Positions 46,683-59,455 of a stretch of 64,000 nt of DNA are shown here, piece after piece. The translations under genes and the position numbers were made by a program. Numbering within the stretch: position 1 is the first letter of the stretch; every line of letters begins with the position of its first letter. The notes beneath the pieces are model-generated. The model was given only the letters and a program-made list of their open reading frames with translations, did no database searches and had not been told where the DNA came from. This stretch comes from Mytilus trossulus (taxonomy: Eukaryota): positions 38,688,001-38,752,000 of the forward strand of contig NC_086375.1 in assembly GCF_036588685.1 (NCBI RefSeq), in the 5' to 3' direction.

Positions 46683-47008
46683 TATAAAAAAGAAGATGTG
46701 GTATGATTGCCAATGAGACAACTATCCACAAAAGACCAAAATGACACCAAAAAAAATACAGTATAAGAAATAGATCATTAATCATGGTAATAGAATAGGT
46801 AGACAGCTCTCTCACAAGCAAAAAACCCTTAACTGTAAAAATATAAGGGCATACACTACAGACACGGGGACACATTCTACTGAATCCACACACAGCACGA
46901 GTAACAAACCCTGCAGAAAATATAAAAAAAGAAGATGTGGTATGATTGCTAATGAGACAACTATCCACAAAAGACCAAAATGACACACAAAAAAAATACA
47001 GTATAAGA
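46683..47008. repeat. Two direct repeats of about 86 bp (family A-related end fragments) around a spacer of about 150 bp
   Basis: TATAAAAAAAGAAGATGTGG..TACAGTATAAGA at 46683 and 46921. Confidence 0.85.
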
Positions 47009-47523
47009 GTATGCTTATTTAGTATCTAACATATTTAGGTCGGAATTAAAATTGAGCAGTTGAATTCGAAAGTAAATGACTCGGGGGCATCGACGTGATA
47101 GGCTTCTCCTTCCACACAGGTAAAACATGCACACAATAACAAAGTCACATTCTGCTGCAATTTTCAAAATCAGCAATGCGACAAAACCGGTAGCAATGTC
47201 AAATTGACAAAAGGAGACCTCATATTACTCTCACTTTTCATAGAACATTCCTTGCCTAATGATAGATCAGGGTACGTTAACGTTTCGAGGACACATTCAG
47301 GTAATAGTAATTCCTGGAATATTTTTCTCATTTTTAAGTATACAGTGTGTCTTTTGTTATTTATTAATACCCATATTTTAATGTATTAGATTTCCTGTAC
47401 TAGCTTCAATATTCTATATTTTTTCAATCTAATTAAAATACTCGTTACGCAGTATAACGAAATCGGAGATCTATATTTCAATTAGATTGATATTTTTTAA
47501 TAATACTCAGCCACAAAAAATAC

Positions 47524-47800
47524 CTGAACTTCCAAGTATAGCTGTAAGCTCTCCACTTCTGAACTGTATGTTTATATCATTTAGAACTCGCTTTTGTTTC
47601 TTATGCCGAAAACAAGCTCCTTTCCACCAAGGTCCTAAAAACTCCGAGACGTCATAGCTAATGTTTAACAGATTCAATGTTGGTGTTATTTGCCGTTCAT
47701 CCTCATCAGCATCTGGATTTTGATTGGTGCAACCATTAAGGTAATAGGTCAGATCATAGAAACAAGCATTTTCTTCCATCAGTATTTCTACCTGTTTCCC
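47524..47800 (-). CDS. ABCG5: ABCG5-like transporter exon 2
   Basis: ISYDVSEFLGPWW..KRVLNDI..AILGSSG; the PWW motif before the NBD is typical of ABCG5. Confidence 0.88.
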
Positions 47801-47921
47801 CTAAAAAAGATAACATGAAATTTACATTTTTTACTTTGTAGAAAAATAAATGTATATTTTTTTATTTAGTAAGTTTTGCGCTGATTAAGTGTCCATTATA
47901 TCAACAAGTGGAGCACACACA

Positions 47922-48165
47922 TACTGAACCCCGAGGAAAATTCAAAACGGAAATCCCCTAATCAAATTGCAAAATCAAAAGCTGAAACACATCAAATGAA
48001 TGGATACCAATAGTCATATTCCTGACTTGGTACGGACATTTTCTTATGTAAAATAAATGGTGTATTAAACCTGGTTTTTAGCTAGCTAATGCTCTCACTT
48101 GTATGACAGTCGCATACAATTCCATTATATTGACAACGGTGTGAGAACATAACAAACAGACACAT
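47922..48165. repeat. Interspersed repeat family C copy
   Basis: Similar to 45648-46000. Confidence 0.75.
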
Positions 48166-49058
48166 AATTAGAGACTACAGTGGTTTATCGATGATCAAAT
48201 CTTATAAATCCAGTAAGAATATAAAAATTAATTGTTAAAAAATAAAATAATGAGGGAATCGTATGAAGTTCAAATGGTTCGAGACCAGGTGCATTGACAA
48301 GGTAAGCGTCTCTCAAACATCCGAAACAGAGATGCAGTGATGCAACATGCAATATAATAGCCACGATTGTGTGATGCAAGTATTACATGATAACGCGTAG
48401 GTTTGGACGCATACTTATCGTAAATTTGTCACTACAAGTGCATATCAATAACTGAATCGTCAATGTACCATTTTTTGGGGAATTTCTATGAAATAAAATA
48501 TTCCTTGGTAACACTGGTAATTAAAGATGACGTACAAATACTTTTATTATTAGTGTTATTAAACTCCCTCCGCTTGCGTTATCTATTATAATGGTTGTTT
48601 CGTCGCATTTCAAGTAAATGTCTTGTACCGATAACACCTGATTAATACTTTCAATTTAAAACATTTCGAGTGTTGTCATCAAAATATATTTATTAAACTT
48701 CAATTATATCAAACTACTAGTATATAGGCACTACAAACTCGTGCTAATGACTCGTCTGATAGAAACAACGCCAAAAAAACAAAACACCAGCTAACAGAAA
48801 GACACAACTATTAAAATAAACCATGTTTGCTAGACCTGAATATCAATTAGTATACCTCCAATCGAATTAGCGTAAAGACGCCATAAACAACCCGAGAAAT
48901 ATACAGTGGCAAACGTAGCGACATGATAAAAGTCGATTAATTATTCTAAGTGCAAATACATACACATTAAGCTATATATGTTACATTGAGAACAAACCTT
49001 TAAAATTCCATTTCATCCTGATGCAAAAAAAGTAAAAATTTCTCACATTTTTTCATAC

Positions 49059-49085
49059 CTCTGGGATGTCCTGACATTTTGTCAT
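49059..49085 (-). CDS. ABCG5: ABCG5-like transporter probable first coding exon (MTKCQDIPE); whole model 11 exons, 658 aa
   Basis: ATG..GAG|GTATGA in phase 0 joins exon 2 in frame. An alternative start is the ATG at 47779. Confidence 0.55.
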
Positions 49086-49231
49086 AGTACTTTGTTGTAG
49101 ATTCTTTCATATGATAATTGTTTCCTTATCAATGTAACATACCGATACCCTTAACTCTAAAGGAACCATAATTATTATTCAAGAATGCATCAATCTTTTC
49201 ATTTTGGCATAGTTTGAATAGCTGTTCTATT

Positions 49232-49413
49232 TAATAAAATTGAGAATGGAAATTGGGAATGTGTCACAAGAGACAACAACTCAACCATAGAAAAAAACAA
49301 CAGCAGAAGGTCACCAACAGGTCTTCAATGTAGCGAGAAATTCCCGCACCCCAGAGGCGACCTTCAGCTGGCCCCTAAACAAATATATACTAGTTTAGTG
49401 ATAATGAACGCCA
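49232..49413 (-). repeat. Interspersed repeat family B copy
   Basis: Near identical to 20431-20615. Confidence 0.85.
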
Positions 49414-52400
49414 TGACGTTGCGCACGATATTGGTGTCACTTTCGAAATACGGGTTTGAAGGCGGGTTATTCAAATTCAAGCACTTATCCTATACAATAA
49501 ATATCCATGTTATGCATATCATTCGAAAGGAAATAAACCATAGAAATCAATAACATAGATTAATTTGTGATTTGTCTATTTTTTAATGAAAAACTTTGCT
49601 CATTTCGATGCCTATAACGTCATTTCAAGGGTGTCCCGCTGTTACAATTTTGTTTTATGCGCGTCTTTGAAATCCCAGTGCAGATTCAGAAGTAAGAAGA
49701 ATGGTTTAAAATTTTACAACTGTATTGTATACATTTAAAGTTAAACGAAGTAGCAGACGTTTTTAACTGTAAGGGTAGGAAGATCGTCAGAAGTGTTTAA
49801 ATAAAAAAGAGAAAAAATGTCCCAATTAGCTGCTCAACCCGCAAAAAAAATTTCGGCCTTAATTTTCATAGGATATAACGGACGAAAATAGATTTTAATA
49901 ATATCTGATAAAATATACATGTTCTGAAGAAGCTTTCTGCAGTCACCATTATCTAACTGCGGTCTGAATTTAAAAACATCGTCATTTTTCCCGTGTCCAA
50001 TAAAATGTCCCGATGTATAAAATAACACAAAGAATAATTCAGAGGCTTTTTATCAAACGAAATTCTACTGTATCGCAAGTTTGTAACACATGTAAACTGA
50101 TATGAACGGAAAATACATTTAATTTTCTTTAAATTGATATGATATATACTTTTGTTTGAATTGCAGGTAGAAAATCCGAAACGATCTAAGATGTCCAATG
50201 ACATGTCCCCGTATTACGGTTTAACCGTAATTTGACGTTCGCGTTATAATAACGTTAAACTGATACGACTTTTCTTGCATATTTGGCATAACATAATTCA
50301 TGAAATGGTCTGATATATATAAAATAAAGTTCTCGTTTAATACGCATTAAAATAAAGATCTGCATTGTTTCAAGGATACGAGATGTCGAAATATTTAACT
50401 CGGATACTTCATAAAGGCAAGACCCCGGAGCTATAACAAAGAGACAACTTACTTATGACCACACTCCCACTTTATAAAAGATGCATTGAAAAAGAAAATG
50501 CGATCAAAAGTGAGATCTCAATTTTCCTCCTTAGCCAGATAGTATTTGCAAAGTCCTAGCGTTGCTATTAAAAGATTCGAAGCTATACAAATGAATGAAA
50601 ATTCTCAGAAAATCTTATGAGAAAAAGTACTCCTTGGTCGTGAACCTTTCAGTAAAAAACGTGCAATCATTTAAAAAAAAGTTTTATCAGAGAAATTCTC
50701 GTATGTCATAAGCGTGTCAGTATAGGTAACAATAATTTTTTTATCAACTGTGAGTAGAACAATTCCTAGTCATCCACCTAGCAATGTGTGAATGAAAAAT
50801 AAGGTTATTACATCTAGAAGTAGTGTAGCAGAAGGAAGTTTATTTTCTCGAATCTCCAACAGAATTGCCTGGTACATAGGCATGTGATGAAACTAGTTTT
50901 AAAATTGAAATTGAAACATTTTTTTATCATAGTTTGAGAAAGAACAAACGAGAGGGAGAGGGAGAGAAGTTGTCCGACACATATGATGAATGGCACATAA
51001 ACATGCGGCAACAAGCTCCAAGGTATTAATTTACAGATACTCTCAACTCTTTCGAGAAAAAAATATAACTTATCAATCTGCTGGGTGCAGATTATTTTAT
51101 TTTTTGTGTGTAAAGCAGACCTCTTTCATCTTCGCAGAGCGCCACAAAACATAGCTGAAATAATGATTTTTACATCGCGATGACCGTGTAAAGAGTTTTC
51201 CATACTTTGCCAAATTCTATAATTTCAAACATTATAAAAAAGTATTGATTGCCGACCCTTTTTCGAAGCTTGAGTTTGTGAAAAAATGTCAGATGAAAAG
51301 ATAGCTCGTAAAATATGTTTCCTGTTGTCTACTCTGTGGTCGAATTGTTGTCGCTTTGACACATTCCCCATGTCCTTTCTCAATTATATTCCGATAGCAA
51401 ACACAAAACAATACCATACCACTGTTCTCATTTTCATAATAAAGTAGAATATGCGGCCGTAAAAGACCAATTAATAATTTCTATATGCAATCAACAATGA
51501 GCAAAACCCTTACCTTATAGTCAGCTATAAAAGGCCCGGCGAGAAAACCAACTGTATAAAATGTGTAAATTCCTACATAACATGAATTTTCTAAATTATT
51601 TGCTGGTAAAACAATCCTGATTTTAAAATTTTAATCAATGAAATCATTTTCTTTTGAAAAGACTTCAACGAACTTTAAATCATTGAAAGCTGGTAACGGC
51701 AGCATAAGAGCACGTATTTCTTTTTCAAACTTGATGCACAATTTATTAAAAAAATTGTTAAGAGATTTTTGAAAATATACTATTTTTAACATTTTCCATA
51801 AAATCGGGCTTGATGTTAATACTGTGGACTTCATAAATAATATGAATTATATAGTAGGTACAAAATGTATAAGTCACTGTTTAAGGAAAAAAGATAAAAT
51901 TAAATTCTTGAACTATTATATCATCGGTAGTATAATAGTCCCAGGATTAAAGTGTTGATAAAATAAGATTATGAAAAGAAAAATAGCTGGCGATAGACTA
52001 CCTACACCTTTCACATAGTCAGAGACAAATCAAGAAGCATTTGATCATTAACGTACATGGAGGGAGCGTAACTACCAAATTACAACAGACATATGTAAAC
52101 GTGTAATTGGAGAAAAGAGACAGAAACAAGACACGAAATATTTACAATCTTACTAGCAAATATAGGAGACGTATTCTGGCAGATATAACATTGCTTAGTT
52201 ATAAGAAATAGAAGAAACTGTTTTAATACACAAATATCAAAAAGAAAAGAAAATAAGACATCAAAGGTTATAAGTAAAGACAGCTAATGTGATATGGCGT
52301 ATGCACGCTCGTCCTAAGAGTTAAAAGGTTAGACTCAGATTTGTCCTGTATTTGTTTCACTCAAAGTATCAAACTAAATTTTAAAGATTTAAAACATTCT

Positions 52401-52467
52401 GAAGATAAAATAACGCCAAAAAATATACAAAACAGACTTTTCAGTTCAATTTTTAACATAAATTAGG

Positions 52468-52650
52468 CAGTTAGTTTTCTCGTCTGAATTGTTTTACATT
52501 GTCATTTCGGGGCTTTTTATATCAGACTATGCGATATGGGCTTAACTCATTGTTGAAGGCCGTACAATGACCTATAGTTGTTAATTTCAGTGTCATGTTG
52601 GTCTCTTGTGGGAAGTTGTGTCATTGGCAATCATACCACATCTTCTTTAT
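52468..52650 (+). repeat. Family A-related subfamily copy
   Basis: GGGGCTTTTTATATCAGACTATGCG..TTGAAGGCCGTACAATGACCTATAG..CATTGGCAATCATACCACATCTTC. Confidence 0.75.
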
Positions 52651-54712
52651 ATATATTTAAATAAGTTTACAAGACATCAAAATTGCTATTGTGTTATTGT
52701 TGCAGACAATTCATTGTATAAATTAAGAATTGTTCATGTATCTAAAATTTTGTTTTAATTCCATGGAATTTTGCATTTGCACCGGTTTGAAAAAATAAAA
52801 CCATATAAAGAAGCAAGTTCGAAAATATCTGTACTTTAAGTGGCATTTTTACATGAGTAGAATATAAGGTCAACGTTTGAAACTTTCCGTGGAACAACGT
52901 CAAAATCGTTGTTTTATTAGGAACGTCGTGTAACGATAAGTGGCACCAATACCGTGCGTAACGTGCATTTCCTAATTGTACACAAGAAACTAAAATTAAA
53001 ATAATACAAGACTAACAAAGGCTTAGTACAGAAACAACAACAAATTAATGCACATGATCTTTTTTATATTCATCGGTATTTGGTTTCTTCTTAACTTTTT
53101 ATTTAAGTTCTCAAACGATCTGACTCAAACTAACAAGGACAATCTGTAGCCATCACTTGATTTTAAAGTCAACGTTTTGTTTTTTGTCTTTTGTACACGA
53201 TCACACCCTCTTTGTGTTACCATTCTCTCTTGTCTGTCAGTAATATGCATAATTTAAATGGCTAGAATATCTCATAATTAATTCCTATGCTTATACTGTA
53301 TCATTACTATTTCAGCATATGTTTTATTCCCCAAAGCTTTAATTATAATACCGACATTCAGTGACTATTTTTGTCCATGTATTTAAATCTGAATCATCCT
53401 TTATAAAATGTGAAATATTTTGTTACCATGGTAATGTTTTCACTAAAAAGTCTTAAAAACAAATCGATTAATACTTAATAAGGAAAAGCTATTTAAAGTT
53501 TCCTTGTAGCAAGAAAATATGCAACGTGATACTCAATACAATGAATGGACGGAAAATATAAAATAGATATCCTTTGACAATGAAAATGACATGGCTATAA
53601 ATACAGTGTGAGACAAAGTTACAATGTATATGAAATATAAGTATAATGTCGTGATTAATCCTACCTTAATTTTACTCCTTAGCGAAGACATGTTTGCTCG
53701 TTGTGTATTCTGACAGGGATGTAACACCTTAGATTATTGATTATTGCCAGTACAGCTTATCCAAGACCCGATCGATTCCTGACATTACTGACTTCCGACA
53801 TTTCCAATAAATGAGAATTATAAACTTTACAGTTCATTGGTGAATTGAATTCATGTACAAATATGTCAAATTGATTTTTACCGACATCGAACGAACCGTT
53901 TCATATTGTGTGCCTTTATGAAGTATCTTTGTTTAAACATAAGTTTATTTTGTTTAAAATCGACAAAATCTATACAATATGAGGAATTGTTAATTCTATT
54001 TAGATTTTCATATCAAATATTTATTTTGTAAAATTATATCAAATGTGTATTATTACAAACTGTATAAGTTTGGTGATGTTTAGCTTGAAAAGTTAGTATA
54101 TTGACAAAATTACAGGAAGAAAAACCGTGTAAATTCACACCCTATTCTTTTGTATTATGACCGTGGGGTAATTACATTGTAGATGCTATTACCAATAGGA
54201 GGTTAAGACATTGATTAGACTGCAACTAAACGTCCTGCAGCAGTCATTTGTATTGGTTGTATTGTATAGTATATACTTTTGTTCGATTATGTTTTTTGTA
54301 AGCTTTGTTGAGTTATTATAAGAAAATGTTCCACTTCAAGAAGAAAAAACATCACATCATTAAAGACGTTTAGAGTATTAGCAGGAAGGCTCTCAAAGGT
54401 AACAGCGCCAATGGGTATTGGTTGAACTAGCAACACAAAAGAAGTGCCAAAAGATATTGAAGAAAAAATATTCATTATTCGTATCACAGTTTATTTTGAA
54501 AAGTGTTTTAAAATAAATACAATTTTATTTTTTTAAAGGACTTTTCATATTAGCATATTTGAATAGTTGTTTTATTTTGAGGACAGACGTACCAACAAAT
54601 TTATGTACATGATTTTTCTGATTAATTGATATTTGAATTATTTATTTCTTTAAATTTCTAATATTATCTGACTCAAACCTAAAGCTTTAAATTGCCGTCC
54701 GTAGACCGTCTT

Positions 54713-54801
54713 CACAGGCACTTGTCTCAAAATGTTTTTTCCTATATATCTTAGTTATATTAAGGTATATAGGGAAAACAAATTTGAGACAAGTGCCTGT
54801 G
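54713..54801. mobile_element. 89-bp palindromic MITE with 8-bp TSD (hAT- or P-like)
   Basis: CACAGGCACTTGTCTCAAA..TTTGAGACAAGTGCCTGTG; ACCGTCTT at 54705-54712 and 54802-54809. Confidence 0.85.
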
Positions 54802-57800
54802 ACCGTCTTTTCAGATTTCATTTTTACTATTGAAACAAATTAAGAAACATCTTTTGTATTTTTTATTGAAGAGTTATTTTTTAAAGGGCTCACATCTGCA
54901 TAATTTCAACATGTTTTGTAGACTACAATGAACTTCTGCTTTAAAGAAAAAAGGAAAAGCACAAAATTGAATCATAATGTCATCCTATAATGCTCTTTTG
55001 AAGTGAAAAGATCAAAACCATGCACTTGATTTAAAAATATGCTGATGTAATAGTTTATTTACGAATGTCTATGTTAAAGTTCGACAAAATCTATACAATT
55101 TATATATGCGGATGTTACCACCAACTAATAAATCCAAGCCCTTGCAACACACATCCGCCACTTGTATTGAAAAGATCTGACGATATCTTTCAATGCGTAT
55201 CATTTGTTTCCTTTTCTTCTTTTGACAGGAAGACCGAGTAATATAAATGTTATCTTGTTTCCAAATCTCATTGAGTTATATTGTAGTGAACTTCAACAGA
55301 AGTTTACGAAGAAAAAATGTTTAAACATCTTACCGAATAATATCACAATAAAGCCAAAGAATCATTATTTGGTCAAATAGTTTTAAGCTTTATAAAACTT
55401 TATCAAACATATATGGAATTTTGAAAATAATGGTCAGAAACCCTTTCTTATCCGGTAGTCAGGCGGTAGTATCCTGAGTAAGTTATAAGAACTCATGACA
55501 CTTTTACATTAACAGCAGCGGTCTCAAGAGAGACCTAAGGTTTCAACTGATGTTTTCACTACCAATTAATGCCAACTCTGCACTCAAATTCTTCTAAAAA
55601 AGTTATTTTTGCACGAAAAAAGACGGGTGACGAGATACAAAGGTAGCAAGAAAATCAAGTAAGTTTGTTCTACCTTTAACCAACCATTTATGAAATTTAG
55701 TATATGGTTAGCCTTTCCCGCAATTCATGCAACATCTAGGTTTTCTCGAAGAACATCATTACAAGGAAAATGGCAAATTTCATTACATTCTGTAAGTCTG
55801 TGAAACAAATATTGTCCTTTCATTGACCATATTGCCTTGTCCTGGATAGTTAAAATTTCCTATTTGGTTTATATCTTTCCAGTTTATTTCTAAATATGCA
55901 ATGCTTTAGATAGATAATAGGAGACATTGAATAGAAATGTTGAATTCGCAATTTTGAGGCAAATAAATGGTCTAAATGGCAAAAGCAGGCATGTAAGAAA
56001 GTAAGAAAATTATGGGGAAAAAAATAGGATCGAAATGAAAAAAAAAATATTTAAAAAATAAACACACACTTGTCCATATCTTCATTTTTGTTTTTTTTTT
56101 CATTTTAAACTTCCATTATAAAAATGTGAGCCAATAATATGAAAAAATGTTAAGTGTTAAAAATACATATAATTACAAACTCGAGTGGATATTATTTTTC
56201 TAATTTGATAGTATTTGAAATTGATTCTTCTAAAAAAATTATTATTATAATTGTCTTTGATTTTTTTTATAAATAAGAGGCAGCAGTAGTATACAGCTGT
56301 TTAAAAGTCATAAATCGATTGAGGGAAAACAAATCCGGGTACAAACCAAAATCGAGAGAAACATCTCAATTATAAAAAGAAAACAAAGGAACAACTGAAA
56401 GACTAAAGTGAAACAAAAACAATTGCCACATTCATGACTTGGTACACGATTTTTAAAGAACAAATGGTAGATTGAAATTTTGTGTTATGGCTAGCCAAAC
56501 CTACTGCTTATATGGCAGTGTTAAAAATACTGCTAAAATTTTAACATTACGTGACAGATATGCAATACAAATAAAAGCTAGAAGACTCCGGAAAGAAAAA
56601 AAAACATTAATATGTAATTCATTTCGACAAGTCACTAAAAATAACAACATACACCAAAAATTAAATTACGACAGTTCACAAATACAGCAGAACAGAACTA
56701 TGATCTGTGCGTCACACGAATTTATAAACGCCACAAAAAAGTTGACGTCACAGGTAAATTCAATGTTCGATAGCACATTAAGTTTCAAAGTCTTAAAAAA
56801 AATACATAATGATGCATAGGTATGTCTTCAAATTTATATGTTGAGACATCGTTTTGTTGACCAATCACGTCTATTTTAAAATAAGAAGATTGGATTTGTT
56901 TCAATCCCGCAGTAAAGCGAAAAAATTGTAATATATATAGATCCATCTCAATATTTTGAAATATATTTAATTTTGAAATGCATATTTGAACGCAAGATGC
57001 AGCCAAAATAAAATAAAAAAGCATTTCCTTCTTAGTATGAACAATGATAACTTACAAGCCCCTGCACTTTTTGAAAGAAAATTAATGGTGTCTCATCAAT
57101 AAGTGAAGACTTTAATGTAGAGCGTGTGATTATTTATTTCCTAATAACGTTTGAAAAGTAGATTTTGAAAAAAGTTGACTACATATATATTTGCATTTGT
57201 GAAATCCCAACAAACTGATGATTGTTTAAACTGAAGTACAAATAGGCATATAGTTCTTGAAACACACGAATCTCTTTTTTTTAAATCCGGGAAATGATAA
57301 TTATAATTTTATAATTTTTGCCGGGGAGTTGTTGTTTCATGAACTATCCCAAATATCGTAAAAATGTGAATTAAACAGTGACAAACAGAAAACACTGATA
57401 AAAAATTGAGTACATGAAAATAGGATATATACATACATTTTCTACTCGAACTTCACCTTCCTGTGGATAAAATAAATATTTCCTTATTCTAAACTCTTGA
57501 ACTAAATCTTCATCTTCATCAATAATCAATAAAATGTTTATTTTTTAATGTACTCAAATGTGATAATTTAAATAAAAACTAACCTGTTGAAACTTAGCTC
57601 CGTATTAAATAAACTAATACATATGTTTGTATATATCAAAGTTTATCTATTGATTACATGTCAATAACAACACAATCTTTTATTTCATACTTTTATATGT
57701 GTCGTACGATCTACAATGATAAATGCAATATCAACTATATATATCACGTACTCCTTAAATATTGTCCTTTCTGCTAATGCCACTAACTAGGCAACACAGC

Positions 57801-59375
57801 TCTTTCATAGTAATAAGTCAGCTATCAGTTGATCAACTAAAGGATTTTGTCGATACGACACTTTTTTCAATTACTTCCAATATTCTCCTGTTCAATAATA
57901 ATTAAGGAAAGGGGGAAATTACTAAATACGATTGAATTGCAAAAAATCACAACTAAACTTAATACTTTAAGAGGGTGTTTTTGTTTCTTGATTATATGAT
58001 GTCGCGCGAAATATGAATAGTAAAATAACAAAAATAAAGAACTCCTTGGAAAATTCTAGACTGAAAAAGCAAAAGCAAATTGTAAAAATAAAAGGTAAAA
58101 AAAAATCAAAGGAATGGAAAACAACTTATTATTACTGATATATGAAAATCAGTTGATTCGGCTATCGTGTACAGCAAATGGTTGACAGCGGTTCCAATTG
58201 CTATTGCAAAACAATGGATTCTGCATTTGTGTATAACAATTTTACTCTGTCATAACGATAGCTGGTAAGAGTGTGTGGTACCACTGTTGCTTTGAGCGAT
58301 AATGACCGTGATGTGATCCGAAGTTATGTGTTCCACATATTTATGCTAGTCTCTTTTTATATATTTTTAAAGGTTTTAAAACTGATAAAACGATCTTGGT
58401 AAAAGACCGAAATTTAGTTCTCAAAATTTGAATCTATACCATTCGTCTCTAAGATAACCGTTCAACGGATACTAGTATTCATTCAATACATGCTCTTCCG
58501 TTTCAAGTTAATCTTCAAAAACAAAACAACCTATTTTATCTACTGTGTGTCTCCAGTAGCGTGCTGTCTCATCCCGGATTCAGACAAGACTGCTGATAAA
58601 ATGCATTTCGATGTGATGGCGTAATAATTTTGTCTAGGTTAAGTTCTGTTTATACATCCCGTTTAAATATTTTACGTAATTTGTTATTCCCATTTCATTA
58701 TTTCGCATAGAATTGTCACTATGCAACTCTTCGTGCCTTTTATGTTTTTACAATTGGTTTTAAGTCATATATATGACAGAAAAAAATGTCTTGAGATGCT
58801 TGCGAACAATGGTGACTGTTTTTCGTCATTTGTCATATTCTAGCTATAGACTACTATGGTAACAAGGTAAAATCTGCCATTGTCAACATAAGAAAATGCA
58901 TGTAACATGTCAGAAATATGACAGTTGTTATCTATTCGTTTGATGTGTTTTAGTTTTTGATTATGCCATTTGAGTAGAACCTTTCCGTTTTCCTTGGAGT
59001 TCAGTATTTTTTGTGATTTAACTTTCACACCATCAATCGATGACATATCATTAATATCAATGGTTTTTGTGTCATACCTAGATAATTTCACTAGACTCTC
59101 ATAATCATATTCTATTGTTAACATTTTTTGAAATTGAAATGATATATTAATGTATTTTCACAATATCTGTGTATAAAGAATTATCGCTATTTTGTGCATT
59201 TTTCCCTTAGTTTTAATTTGGGATAATTTTCATATCATATATCATACTTGCATAAGATAGAAAATTATTGCTAGAAACTAAGCATGCACGTAGCGTTGCT
59301 AACGAAATTGGCATGAAATTGACATGAAATTGACAACATCGTCATAGGTAAAATAGCGACAAAAAACAATAACAT

Positions 59376-59455
59376 TGTTCATCTCAACTAGATTGCCTTT
59401 CTCGCTTTTGCCGTCCCGGCTCCAACGAGAAAATCAATCTCGTTGAGATGATCAA
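59376..59455. repeat. Imperfect hairpin, probably the end of a repeat element
   Basis: TCATCTCAACTAGATTG..TTTCTCG pairs with CGAGAAA..CAATCTCGTTGAGATGA. Confidence 0.6.

Noticed and set aside
49413-50645. Possible DNA transposon truncating the family B copy
   Set aside because: No convincing TIR or TSD pair could be established by eye.
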